Counted from the stretch's first letter, positions 51,001 to 63,311 are shown. The stretch is DNA of 64,000 nt from Nemertoderma westbladi (GCA_032718475.1 JAUCBJ010008675.1:44769-108768), one strand, 5' to 3'. Notes: generated by a model not told the origin, from the sequence alone. Program-made: numbers and translations.

Positions 51001-54000
51001 TCTACTTGGAAAATTTCTAAACTTTTGCCAAACAACATGTGTACCAAGTTTGGATAGATTTCATCAAAGATTGGCTGAGTTATTAACGTTTAAAATTGGA
51101 CGCGACAGAACGACAGAACGACAGAACGACACGTTCGTGGGGCCTTCGCGCAGCACAAGGCCCAGTTATTAGATACAAATTAAAATTGAGCGACTGTATC
51201 ACAAAATCAGGTTTTGAGAAATTTACCCACACCACCAATCAATCAAAGTTTAATCCCCCCCCCCCCCCCCCCACCCTTCCCAACCACCAATACATAACCG
51301 GGACATCTACCACCCACGGAAGGGTAGCACGAACTTATTTCCAATCGCACGTTAAATATGCAAAGCCAGGTGGTTTATAGGATTATAATAAACGCAGTAC
51401 TCGTTTTCATTATAAGCCTCTTTGCGTTCGTCCTGTTTTGTATTTAAATATATTTCTTAAACGCAGGCTAGGACGATCTTTATAATAATAATAACTAGGG
51501 ATGCGATCAATATGTGAAGCCAGGTGGTTTATATAACAATTTAGTCAACGCAGTACTCGTCTTCATTATATGCCTCGTTGCGCTCGTCGCTTGTCCTGTT
51601 TTGTCATAAAATATTTTTCCTAAACGCAGACTGACGATCTTTATACAGTTATAACTATGCGAAGTTTCGAAACTGTGCGAGTAACTGTTGATACATCTAT
51701 GTGGAGATGTGTGATATGTGGAGATGTGTGATACAACGCCAACGCATCTTATGCCGATGTAGTAATATGGGTATTGAAATAATATTAAATCAATGTACAC
51801 TCTTAAAGCTGCAGCGAAAAAATGTAGCTAATTTCCTAGGTGGGATAAATATTTCTCCATTTGACGCAACACCGCCGCGGCCGCTATGAGGGAGGTGAAT
51901 ACCGCGGCCGCTCCTAAAGCCGCAGGCCCTCGCTAACTATATAGGTTAACTTGGGATTCTGGGGGACTTTTCGATGAAGGAACTGACCAAATTTTTTTAT
52001 TTTCTCACCAGGGGAGCGGCTCGGAATTCTAAGATATTAGCAACTCTAACATTATGAAATATAACCCTTCGACGGACATGGCGGACAAAAAACCGTCATT
52101 TTTTCGACAATTTTAAAATTTTTTTGAAAGGCGCTCTACAGTGGCTCGAAAAAACCCTAGGTTATTGCTTAGCCGACGCCGGGATACGATAGAAGGGATT
52201 AATTAGTGAATTCGTTTTTTTTTTCAAAAAAGATTACCACGCCTTTTTTCCGAAAATGTCCGTCAAAGTTGAAAAAACGGACAAAATGACTTTGCGGGAT
52301 CGGCTATAACTCGGCTAATATTAATCGTACGGGGACGAAAGTAACGCGGTTGGAAAGGGGAAGAGTGGTACTACCTTCGTATCGAATGGGGGTAAGATAT
52401 TTATTAAAATTTCGGGTGGAAAAAGGGGCTGTAAATTTGTACGTTTTTGTCCGTCTTTTTTGGAAAACTTATTTCTGAAATGTTTAATTCGACAACGCGG
52501 GTAGGAATCCACTAATTCTTTTATGAAACTCGTAGAAGACCATTGGGGCTACGTTCCTATCGAATGGGGGTACAAAAAATATGTCGGCAATAGGGGCCAA
52601 AAAGGGCCAGAATTTGTAAAGTAGTTTTTATCGAATAATTTTATATTTTTAACTTTAGTTGGTTAAGGTACATTCTATACAGTCAATATCCATACGGGGA
52701 ATTCAAATATGCTATCGGTTTTGCTCCAAGGATGATATTAAAAAAATGAGGGCCAAAATTATAATTTCGCGCTTCAAACTTGCTTCGCGGGAAATCGTCT
52801 AGCTCGAAAACTACTTAACTTACGGGAGATTTGTTTACACAGACTTATAGTGCGTTAAATTATCTATCTAACAGCGTTAATCACAGCGCTGGAGGTATTA
52901 TAAAACTGGAGCGGCAGGCGATCGTGTGAAATATAATATTTATAAAAAGGGACGAAAATTTTTTTATTTTAACAAATCGCTATTCCATTATAATTTAGCG
53001 TATTGCGCCAAAAGTACCTGTAAAAAGTATCAAATTAACTCCGCTATCTTTTATCTTAACATATATAATTAAAATTACGAATTTTAAGGGTCGAAAAATA
53101 TCGCGTTATTTTGGCCCTTTTTTTTAATTTTTTTGGGGCCAAAAATAACCCCTTCTCAAAAGATTAAGAAAAAAATTACGGCAAAGAATATACCAATTTT
53201 ATTGAATTTGGACCACCAGAACCGAAGTTAGAGCGATTTTAGTGAAAAAATAAAAATAATTTTTTTTTGCAAAAAAATTAAGAATGGTCAGGTCAATATT
53301 GGGTTTCGAACCCACGAACTTAGGTTTCATTAACGTGATTGATAACCACTAGACTATGTGACCAATAGAATTTGAAATTTTCGAGTGACTATTTTTAAAC
53401 ATAAATAACTTCGGTTCTAGAGGGCCGTTTAATCTGAAACTTTTTTCATTGGATAGAGAATAGATTGTAGTGTGTGAAATAGGATACAACTTGGGAAAAG
53501 ACGCATGTGCACTTAGTGCAAAATGCACTTAAATAGTGAACATTTTTTCGATATTTCAAACACTATTATTTCCAGTTCTATTCATCGTAGAATGTTATTT
53601 TTTGGATTAAAATGTAGTTTGGAATGATTTCTAACTATAATCGTAACATTTGTTTAACTTTTTATGTCTATAAAGTGACTTAAAATGTCCATGAATATGG
53701 TCCAAAATCGCAAATCTAGATTTATTAAATTGGATTTTTGACACTTTTAGCGACTGACACTTGATCATACACTATCGTAGATCGGTAAAGGATAAACATA
53801 AGTTTGTTAAATAAGAGCCACCATTACGATCTGCTAAAGTGCACTTGTACAAATAAGTGTGCAAAAGTGCAAATTTTTTAATAAGGTCAAATTATATAGT
53901 ATTGGGTTATTTTCTTTGCAGATACTTTATTTTCATATTAATATGTTGTTTGAACCTTACTGAGCGCATTAGGGGATATGCGTACAAATAACCGGCCCTT

Positions 54001-57000
54001 ATGAGGCTTCGATTGGGTAAATTAATAAAACATAAGGTTGTATAGTATAATATTCTAAAAACCAGTGTGATATTAAATGCACTTTAAATAATAAATAGAA
54101 ATCAAATAACAATTGGACCACACAATTAAAAACTCGCACAACTTTGTACTTATTATATCGCTTCAAATTAATTCAACAGTGGATATTTGGGGGAAGGGGG
54201 AAGTTACAGTGTGCATTCGGGGGAAGTTTGGTGAACTGCATTTATGCAGTGAATCCAAACTTCCCCCTTTGATATATCATATACTTAAGACATGCTAGGG
54301 TGACGGGGAAATATTTGTTACTGTCACACTTTGCTTCCATTTATCCTATCCTTTATTATTACCCCAGTCAGATAAGAGATAATAAACCAGTAAAAACTAA
54401 ACTAAACTGTCTTTCATGCAAACAAATTTCTAACTAAAGACGGGTGAATGACCATGACCATGGAAATAATTTTAAATATAATTGTATATCAACTATTTGG
54501 GGAGGCTTCCAAGTTAAACCCGAAAACAATTATTTTGTTACATAGTAAATAACGTTGTATGTTCTTCTTCCTCTCATAATAAAATATAAATGAAATATCT
54601 CAGATCGCTATGCCCTGTAACATTTCACAACCAAAATATTTAAGTGTGAAAAGTGTAGGCCTACCACACTCCGCCCAAACAACCTCAAACGCATAGCCAA
54701 CAAATTTAACAAAAGGTTACATACATGTTGGGTTCATGACGAGATGAGTGAAAATTGATCGCGTAATATAAAGTAAAAAATTAAGAGACGGGCTGGCTCT
54801 CCTCCACTTTCTTACCCAATGGATATGTTGTTGTAATAATCTAATATTGGGGCGGCTTTCTCTCGGTGGGATAAATATTTCTCCATTTGACGCAACACCG
54901 CCGCGGCCGCTATGAGGGAGGTGAATACCGCGGCCGCTCCTAAAGCCGCAGGCCATCGCTAACTATATAGGTTAACTTGGGATTCTGGGGGACTTTTCGA
55001 TGAAGGAACAGACCAAATTTTTTTATTTTCTCACCAGGGGAGCGACTCGGAATTCTAAGATATTAGCCACTCTAAAATTAGCAAATCTATCACCTCGACG
55101 GACACGGCGGACAAAAAACCGTAATTTTTTTTGACAATTTTAAAAATTTTTTGAAAGGCGCTCTACAGTGGCTCGAAAAAACCCTAGGTTATTGCTTAAC
55201 CGACGCCTGGATACGATAGAAGGGATTAATTAGTGAATTCGTTTTTTTTTTCAAAAAAGATTACCACGCCTTTTTTCCGAAAATGTCCGTCAAAGTTGAA
55301 AAAACGGACAAAATGACTTTGCGGGATCCGCTCTGACTCGGCTAATATTAATCGTACGGGGACGAAATTAACGCGGTTGGAAAGGGGAAGAGTGGTACTA
55401 CCTTCGTATCGAATGGGGGTAAGATATTTATTAATATTTCGGGTGGAAAAAGGGGCCGTAACTTTGTCCGTTTTTTCCATCTTTTTTACATAATTATTAT
55501 TTCCAAAATTTTTAATTCGACAACGCTAGTAGGAATCTGCCAATTCTTTTTCGGAAAGCGTAGAAGACCACAGGGGCTACATTCCTATCGAATGGGGGTA
55601 CAAAAAATATGTAGGCAAAGGCGTCCAAAAAGGGCCAGAAAAGAATAAAAAGTTTATAACTAACAACTTTTTTATTTTTGACTCTTGAAGGTTAAAGTAC
55701 ATTTTATACGGTTAATATCGATACGGGGAATCCAAATATTCGATTGGTTTTGCCGCGCAAACGATATTAAAAAAATTAGGGCCCAAATTATAATTTCACG
55801 CTTCAAACTCGCTTCGCGGGAACTCGTCTAGCTCGAAAAATACATAAGGTCTGGGAGACTTATTGAAACAGTCTTATAGAGCGTCAAATTATCTATCTTT
55901 CAACGGTAGTTACAGCGCCATAGCTATTATATAACTGAAGCGGCAGACGATCGTGTGAAATATACTACTTATAAAAAAGGGACGAAAAATTTTTTTTTTA
56001 ATAAATCGCCATTACATTATAATTTAACTTTTTGCGCCAAAAGTTCCTGTAAAACGTAGCAAATTAACTCCACTATCTCTTTTCTTAACATTTATAATTA
56101 AAATAACGAGTTTTAAGGGTCGAAAAATATCGCGTAATTTTTGCCCTTTTTTTTCATTTTTTTTTGGGGCCAAAAATACCCCCTCTCAAAAGATAGAAAA
56201 AAAAATTACGGCAAAGAATATACCAATTTTATTGAATTTGGAGCACCAGAACCGAAATTTAGTCAAAAATTAAAAATATTTTTTTTTGCAAAAAATTAAG
56301 AATGGTCATATTGGGTTTCGAACCCACGAACTTAAGTATCGTTAACGTGATTGATTACCACTAGACTACGTGACCAAGAGAATTTGAAATTTTCGAGTGA
56401 TTATTTTTAAACATCAATAACTTCTGTTCTATTGGGCCGTTTGATCTGAAACTTTTTTCATTGGATAGAGGATAGATTGTAGTGTGTGAAATAGGATACA
56501 ACTTGGGAAAAGACGCATGTGCACTTAGTGCATGATGCACTTAAAAAGTACACATTTTTTCGATATTTCAAACACTATTATTTCAAGTTCCATTCATCGT
56601 AGAATGTTATTTTTTGGATTAAAATGTAGTTTGGAGTGATTTCTAACTATAATCGTAACATTTGTTTAACTTTTTATGTATATAAAGTGACTTAAAATGC
56701 CCATGAATATGGTCCAAAATCGCAAATGTCGCGATTTATTAAATTAGATTTTTTACACTTTTAGTGACTGACACTTGATCATACACCATCGTAGATCGGT
56801 AGAGGATAAACATAAGTTTGTTAAATAAGAACCACCATTACGATCTGCTGAAGTGCACTTGTACAAATAAGTGTGCAAAAGTGCAAATTTTTTAATAAGG
56901 TCAAATTATATAGCATTGGGTTCTTTTCTTTGCAGATACTTTATTTTCATATTAATATGTTGTTTGGCTCATACTGAGCGCATTAGGGATATGCGTACAA

Positions 57001-58915
57001 ATAAGCGGCCCTTATTGAGGCTTCGATTGGGTTAATAAATAAAACATAAGGTTGTAATATTCTAAAAAACCAGTGTGATATTAAATGCACTTTAAACAAT
57101 AAATAGAGATCAAATAACAAATGGACTACACAATTAAAAACTCGCACAATTTTGTAATTATTATATCGCTTCAAATTAATTTAACAGTGGATATTTGGGG
57201 GAAGGGGGAAGTTACAGTGTGCATTCGGGGGAAGTTTGGTGAACTGCATTTATGCAGTGAATCCAAACTTCCCCCTTTTAGATATCGTATACTTAAGACA
57301 TGCTCGGTTGTCAGGGAAATAATTGTTACTGTCACACTTTGCTTCCATTTATCCTATCCTTTATTATTACCCCAGTCAGATAAGAGATAATAATCAGTAA
57401 AAACCAAACTAAACTGTCTTTCATGCAAACAAATTTCTAATTAAAGACGGGTGAATGACCATGACCATGGAAATAATTTTAAATATAATCGTATATCAAC
57501 TCTTTGGGGAGGCTTCCAAACCCACCTACCTACATATAATATAGTAAATAACGAGTGTTCTAAAGAATGTTCTTCTTCCTCTCATAATAAAATATATATG
57601 AAATATCTCTGATCGCTGTGCCCTGAACATTTCACAACCAAAATGTTTCAGTGTGAAAAGTGTAGGCCTACCACACTCCGCCTAAACAGCCGCAAACGCA
57701 TAGCCAACAAATTTATCAAAAGTTTACATACATGTTGTGTTCATGACGAGATGAGTGAAAATTGATCGCGTAATATAAACTAACAAATTGAGAGTCGGGC
57801 CTGGCTCTTCTCCACTTTCTTACCCAATGGAAATGTTGTTGTTATAATCTAATATTGGGGCGGCTTTCTCTCGGTTACATATAAAATAATAATATTATTT
57901 TTAAGAACATTAATTTTACTACTTTGCAAAAATTCAATTAAAAAATAACCAGACATATACATTGTGGAATAAACTATTTCAGAAGCCTACACAACAGCCA
58001 TGCCATGGATTGTATTTATGTTATTATATCTGTCATTTACCTGAGATAGCAATACAACACTTATAGTAGAGTCAATACAGGAAGGATGTTGGGATGTTGG
58101 ATTTCAAGAATGATGTCTGGGCTGGAATAGCAATACTGGTTGCCTATTACAGTACAATTCCTCTCTGGTTAGTCTACAGCCACAACTCCAAGCCAGCTAG
58201 CTCCACACCAGCAGAGACTTGACCAATAATCATTCCCAGCAAATAGCTGCCTTACACACACATCCTTCCATCGTACCAGCATGTTAGCCAATAAATGAGC
58301 AGTATTTAATGAGAATCAATTTTTTATGACGTTTTAATTACTTTAGATCAATTAAAGACACAATTAATAAAGCAAATCACTTGAACTAATTAAAAACTAT
58401 AATAGAATGGCGTATGTGGATTACATCTGTATAATTTTTAAGTATAATTATTTAAATCTTATACTGTAAAACAATTAATTTCCTTTAAAAGGCAGGTTGA
58501 AAATGGTGTTTTTACCGTAATCAACTTAATTAACTAATTAACTGCTATTATCTTAGCTTTTCGAAGGCCACACGGAAATTCTACTTGGAAAATTTCTAAA
58601 CTTTTGCCAAACAACATGTGTACCAAGTTTGGATAGATTTCATCAAAGATTGGCTGAGTTATTAACGTTTAAAATTGGACGCGACAGAACGACAGAACGA
58701 CAGAACGACAGAACGACAGAACGACAGAACGACAGAACGACAGGTTGATTAATGGTACCACTACGCTAAGGCTCACTCACTTCACAGAACGACAGAACGA
58801 CAGGTTGATTAATGCTACCACTACGCTAAGGCTCACTCACTTCGTGGCTCGCCCCACAGGTTGATTAATGGTACCACTACGCTAAGGCTCACTCACTTCG
58901 TGGCTCGCCCCACAC
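48019..58915 (+). repeat. Three about 1.55-kb tandem units bounded by Helentron/DINE-like non-autonomous element features (units start 48019, 49566, 51128; unit 3 interrupted at 51842-57875)
   Basis: Each junction has (GACAGAAC)n followed by hairpin ggggccttcgcgcagcacgaggccc; upstream ctcgaaggcc is a subterminal inverted match; end region 58740-58915 has repeated gctcactcacttcgtggctcgcccca. Helentron label is inferred. Confidence 0.75.
51842..57875. mobile_element. Head-to-tail dimer of a non-coding 3.0-kb element (51842-54867 and 54868-57875)
   Basis: Both copies start gggataaatatttctccatttgacgc and end ggcggctttctctcggt; they interrupt cctaggt|tacatat, which is intact in the other 1.55-kb units. 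Confidence 0.88.
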
Positions 58916-59245
58916 GAGAGGTAAAAGCATGTTTACACATATTCAAACGACATCGTGGCACCTGTAACTATTTACTATGACCAGACCACGTAGACAGGGC
59001 CTAGGGGCAGGTTTAAAGAAAGATAATAAAAATAAAAAAATATATAAAAGAATCTATAATACCCGTTTCCATACGAATACGAAGTTTAAAATGAAAATCA
59101 AACATGATGCGTCGTAATTCAAGTACCGAGGTACGCCTATAATAACTTGTTGTTTTGACTTCAAAGTTTATTGTTCCACTGTAACGAAATGTCTTATATG
59201 TTTCCATTGAAAACCAAAACGTTTGCTTTTAATTTTTTATAGACA

Positions 59246-59468
59246 GGGAGGGGAACTGGACGCAAATCCTACCTTGGCTAATTAATATCCCGCCTCAATG
59301 TTAAATTCTCAATTTAGGGAAAGGAGCAGGTTACAGAGGCACGTTATTTTAACCAAAACAATAAACTAAGCTCAATAGAACAGGTTACAGTTTTATTCGC
59401 GTCGAATTTCCCCTGGAGAGGGATGAATTTTTATTGCGCGTCCAGTCCCCCCCCCCCCCCCCCCCCCC
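59246..59468 (+). mobile_element. MITE with TIRs ggggaactggacgc / gcgtccagtcccc
   Basis: Inverted ends; homologous copy at 24369-24569. Confidence 0.7.
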
Positions 59469-59870
59469 ATCTGTCATTTTTGAATCCAGCCTCGAGACTC
59501 AATACAGTGCAATAACACACGCTAAACGTAATGTACAAATGTACTGTACGTTAAACTGTACCTACAGTACCTGCTGTATGTACACTACAGTTTCAGAGTT
59601 TACCCTACTGTAGCGTACGTAATCTTTGCACCGTCATTAAATGTAACACTGTAACTTTGTTGTTCTAATTTTGTTTCTAGTTTAATGTGTAGGTAACTTT
59701 ACATTACAGGCATATACTGTTTCATGTTTCGGTACCATAAACTAAATAATATCTTTGAATGATTATTATTGACTAAGCCTATCTGCCTATTGTTAATTGT
59801 GTAATTCTGTAATTACTACGGCTGTGCGGTACCTTTTTGATTAATTAATCCGCCTAATTATTCAGTTGCT

Positions 59871-61601
59871 ATGGCTGATTTTGAGACAGACGCCTCCACT
59901 ACCGAGGACATAAGCGCCCCGTTAATAAGTTCCCTGTGTCACACGGACGAGGGTTTCCCTCGAGTCAGCAGATCGAGTGAAGCCTACGCGGAACTCCTGG
60001 CTCGCACGGAACGCGTTCGCCGCCGTTCTCTACGCATCCTCTACCTCTCTATGTTCCTCGCCAACGTGGGATTTTCCGTTGTATTTTCCTCCGCGTGGCC
60101 TTATCTTCAATACCTAAACCCCAAAGTCCACGAATCCTTTGTGGGTTGGGTTGTAGGGGCGTTCAGTTTGGGGCAACTAATCGCTTCTCCTTTATGCGGC
60201 TTCTGGCAGACGAGAGTTAACACCAAAGTACCCATGATCGCGTCCACTGTAACTATAATATTATCCTACCTAATTTACGCCTATCTACACGTTCTACCTA
60301 ATCCAGAGATATTCCTTGTGGCTTCCAGGTTGCTCTGCGGAATAGCGTGTGGTTACGCCGCCATTCTCCGCGCGTACATAGCGCAATCAACATCGCTAAA
60401 CGAACGCACGGGAGCCATGACAACAATGATAGCTTGCCAGTCGTTGGGCGTTGTCTGCGGTCCCATTATACAGACGGTATTCGTCCCATTAGGTCAGATT
60501 GGTTACACATTTGAACCACTTCGACTTCTTTTCAACATGTACACCGGGCCCGCCTTCCTAAACACGTTGCTCTCTATAGCGAATCTAATCTTATATTTCT
60601 GCTTCTTTACGGAAGTCTACGTATCCGATACATTCAGCCCCCTCCCTCCCCCCTCTCCCCCCACTGTATCTAACACCGCTCCCTCGGTACAGAGCCCCCC
60701 CTCTTCCCCCATCTATACTTCCCCCCATACTACTCGCAATAAATCCCCCGACAGTAAACCCCACTACGGCTCTATAACGCCCCCTAACGGCCGCACCCAG
60801 AAGTCGCTCCCGCCCCCAGACATTGTGGCCGTCATTAGCGTAGTCTGGCAGTACTTCGCTATATTCCTGGTGTTTACGTTCTGGGAGACGGTGGCTTCTC
60901 CATTAGCGATGGATCTATGGGGTTTCACTCGGAGCGATGCGGTTTTCTACATAGGGTTATGGCTTGTAGGCTCCGCTGCTGTGAGTATCCTCACTTTCAT
61001 ATTCATTAAACTTTTCACAAACCGATTCTCAGACAGACAGATGATAGTAGTGGGCTTCGTGCTGTTGGTCGTCGGTTATCTGGGCTACCTACCGTGGGGT
61101 CACACCTACCCGCCGTACCGACAGGCGGTTATCGAGCCCCGCGTCAACGGCTCCCACCAGGTCGTCACCCCGCCGTATAACACCACGGCCCCCGAGCCGG
61201 TCGGCTGCCCGCTGGACCACGCGTGGTGCGCCTACACCCCAATCACCTTTATCTGGCAGTTCCTCGCCGCCAGCGTCCTCGTCTCCATCGGGTTCGCTCT
61301 GTGCAACGCGTTGCTCGCTACGCTCTTCTCCAAGGTGATCGGGCCTCGACCCCAGGGGGTCTACATGGGACTATTTACCTCGACCGGGAGTCTCGCCCGT
61401 GTTGTCGGGCCTCTCCTAGTCAGCCACCTCTACGAGGCCTACGGACACCGCGTCTCGTTCGCTACTAACGCCGGTTTCCTTTTCCTCACTCTCTGCTCCA
61501 ATCTCGCTACATTCTCCCGACTGATTCCGCAAGCGGAACGGATACGTTCCGACACGCGTTCCTCTATGCGGAACGCCGGTAATCAGTTCCGTGACGTTTA
61601 A
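59871..61601 (+). CDS. MFSD8: Major facilitator superfamily domain-containing protein 8 (CLN7), intronless CDS
   Basis: RRRSLRILYLSMFL..VGFSVV..SAWPYLQ...GWVVGAFSLGQLIASP, FNMYTGPA, GCP...WCAYTP, TLFSKVIGPRPQGVYMG.FTSTGSLARVVGP. Confidence 0.93.
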   Translation: MADFETDASTTEDISAPLISSLCHTDEGFPRVSRSSEAYAELLARTERVRRRSLRILYLSMFLANVGFSVVFSSAWPYLQYLNPKVHESFVGWVVGAFSLGQLIASPLCGFWQTRVNTKVPMIASTVTIILSYLIYAYLHVLPNPEIFLVASRLLCGIACGYAAILRAYIAQSTSLNERTGAMTTMIACQSLGVVCGPIIQTVFVPLGQIGYTFEPLRLLFNMYTGPAFLNTLLSIANLILYFCFFTEVYVSDTFSPLPPPSPPTVSNTAPSVQSPPSSPIYTSPHTTRNKSPDSKPHYGSITPPNGRTQKSLPPPDIVAVISVVWQYFAIFLVFTFWETVASPLAMDLWGFTRSDAVFYIGLWLVGSAAVSILTFIFIKLFTNRFSDRQMIVVGFVLLVVGYLGYLPWGHTYPPYRQAVIEPRVNGSHQVVTPPYNTTAPEPVGCPLDHAWCAYTPITFIWQFLAASVLVSIGFALCNALLATLFSKVIGPRPQGVYMGLFTSTGSLARVVGPLLVSHLYEAYGHRVSFATNAGFLFLTLCSNLATFSRLIPQAERIRSDTRSSMRNAGNQFRDV

Positions 61602-62895
61602 TTTTTTAATTTAAATTAACAATTTGTTCTCTGCTAATGATTGGTGCTATAATATATAAATTATTTTTGTAAATAAATCCCACCCTATTTATAAATCATT
61701 TAATAAATTAATATGATCGTTTAATATGATGAATATATGAATATGATTGGTATTAACTTTAGTAAAACATGTTTAATCAGCTCACATCCAATTTTATGCA
61801 AAATATATTTAAAGGATCCTGATTTTGTACCATATAATTTATATTTTTTAAGATTACCATTTTGTTTATTTTGATAAACTGTAAGTTAATTTATTTGTAA
61901 AAGTAATAAGTTTGGAGTTTATTGTTACTCACCAAACGAAAGGTAAAAAGCTTAGAAAACATTGAAAACATTGTGGACATATAATAATTAACTTGGTGGA
62001 CTTTGGGGAGTTTCCGACACCCCCACTCTTTATCACCCATTGTCACGTCATGACTACCCCCCGCCCCCCCATTTCCTGTCTCTCTCAATTCATTTTTAAT
62101 TTGAATAAAAAAGTACTTAATGAATTCCGACTGCTACATACGGCGATAAAAATGGTAAAACCGATGTTTTAAGCTCTTCTGTCCTGTCCTTGATATCTAA
62201 TGTTGCATGGGGAGGGGGGGGGGGGGGGGGGGCACTATGACAACACCATTCCATCATATTGTATTTATTATTAATATGTGATTTCATTAACTGCATAAAC
62301 AATGGAATTGCTGCATTAAAACTTGTTAAAGCGCTTTTTCCTCATTTTGTTAATATTTTTCGATATGTTGAATATCAAGTCTATAAAAGTTATAAATGTC
62401 TTTGTTTCTTAATTAATTAATTAAGTCTATCGATTGGTTTGAAATTTAGCATTCATTAATTTATTGTTATTTATGACGTAACAACTAATTTACTCTATAT
62501 TTGTAACATTACTTCACTCAGTTTAAAGCCAGTATGTAATGTATCACTTTATATGACTATTTGTTACTTTATATTATAATTATTTTACTTATAAGACAAT
62601 CATTTTTCGTATTGAAAATAACTACATAAGCTCTGGTTTACTGGTCTTTACGAGGTTTATATTCATACTGATAAAATATATATTTATAAATAGAAAAAAA
62701 AAATGTTTGTAATACACCGAAATATTTCTGTCGACATTGTAAAATATTAATATTCCGCATTCAAATTAAATAAAATTACTTTTTAAGGGTCATTTTTCTT
62801 TAATACTTTAGTATTGGGTGGACTAACGTTTCTATCACACTGAGCGTAAATAAAGTGATTTTATATACCCGATATATATAATTTATTTCACTCAC

Positions 62896-62985
62896 ATTTT
62901 AACGTTATCTCGCATCTCCTTGAACTTAACTGCCTTCTCAGCTGCGTTCATTTCGGCGTCTCCGTAAGAAACCGCAGCCGTCGCC
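62896..62985 (-). CDS. C3orf20: C3orf20-like host gene exon
   Basis: ttatctcag| 90 nt |gtgagt, phase 2/2; ATAAVSYGDAEMNAAEKAVKFKEMRDNVK. Confidence 0.65.
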
Positions 62986-63311
62986 CTGAGATAATAATAA
63001 AACTTATCAAGCAATTAATAACACGAGCGGGGCCTTCGTGCAGCAAAAGCTGCAAGCCATCTTATCGAACAATACTATGGGTAGTTATATATTGTCTTCC
63101 GACACACACACACACACCTAAACACACACACACTTTTAGAAAACGGCCATAGTATAATTATAACAATTCGCTGATGGCTCGCAGTTTTGGCTCTCCCCAC
63201 ATTTCAGAGCGATAGTTTTACAGTCCGAGAGGCAGTAGTGAGACGATATGCCCCAGGTAGTGCTGCATATAAACCCGTACGATAGGCGGTGTAGGTAGGC
63301 GATGTACTCAC

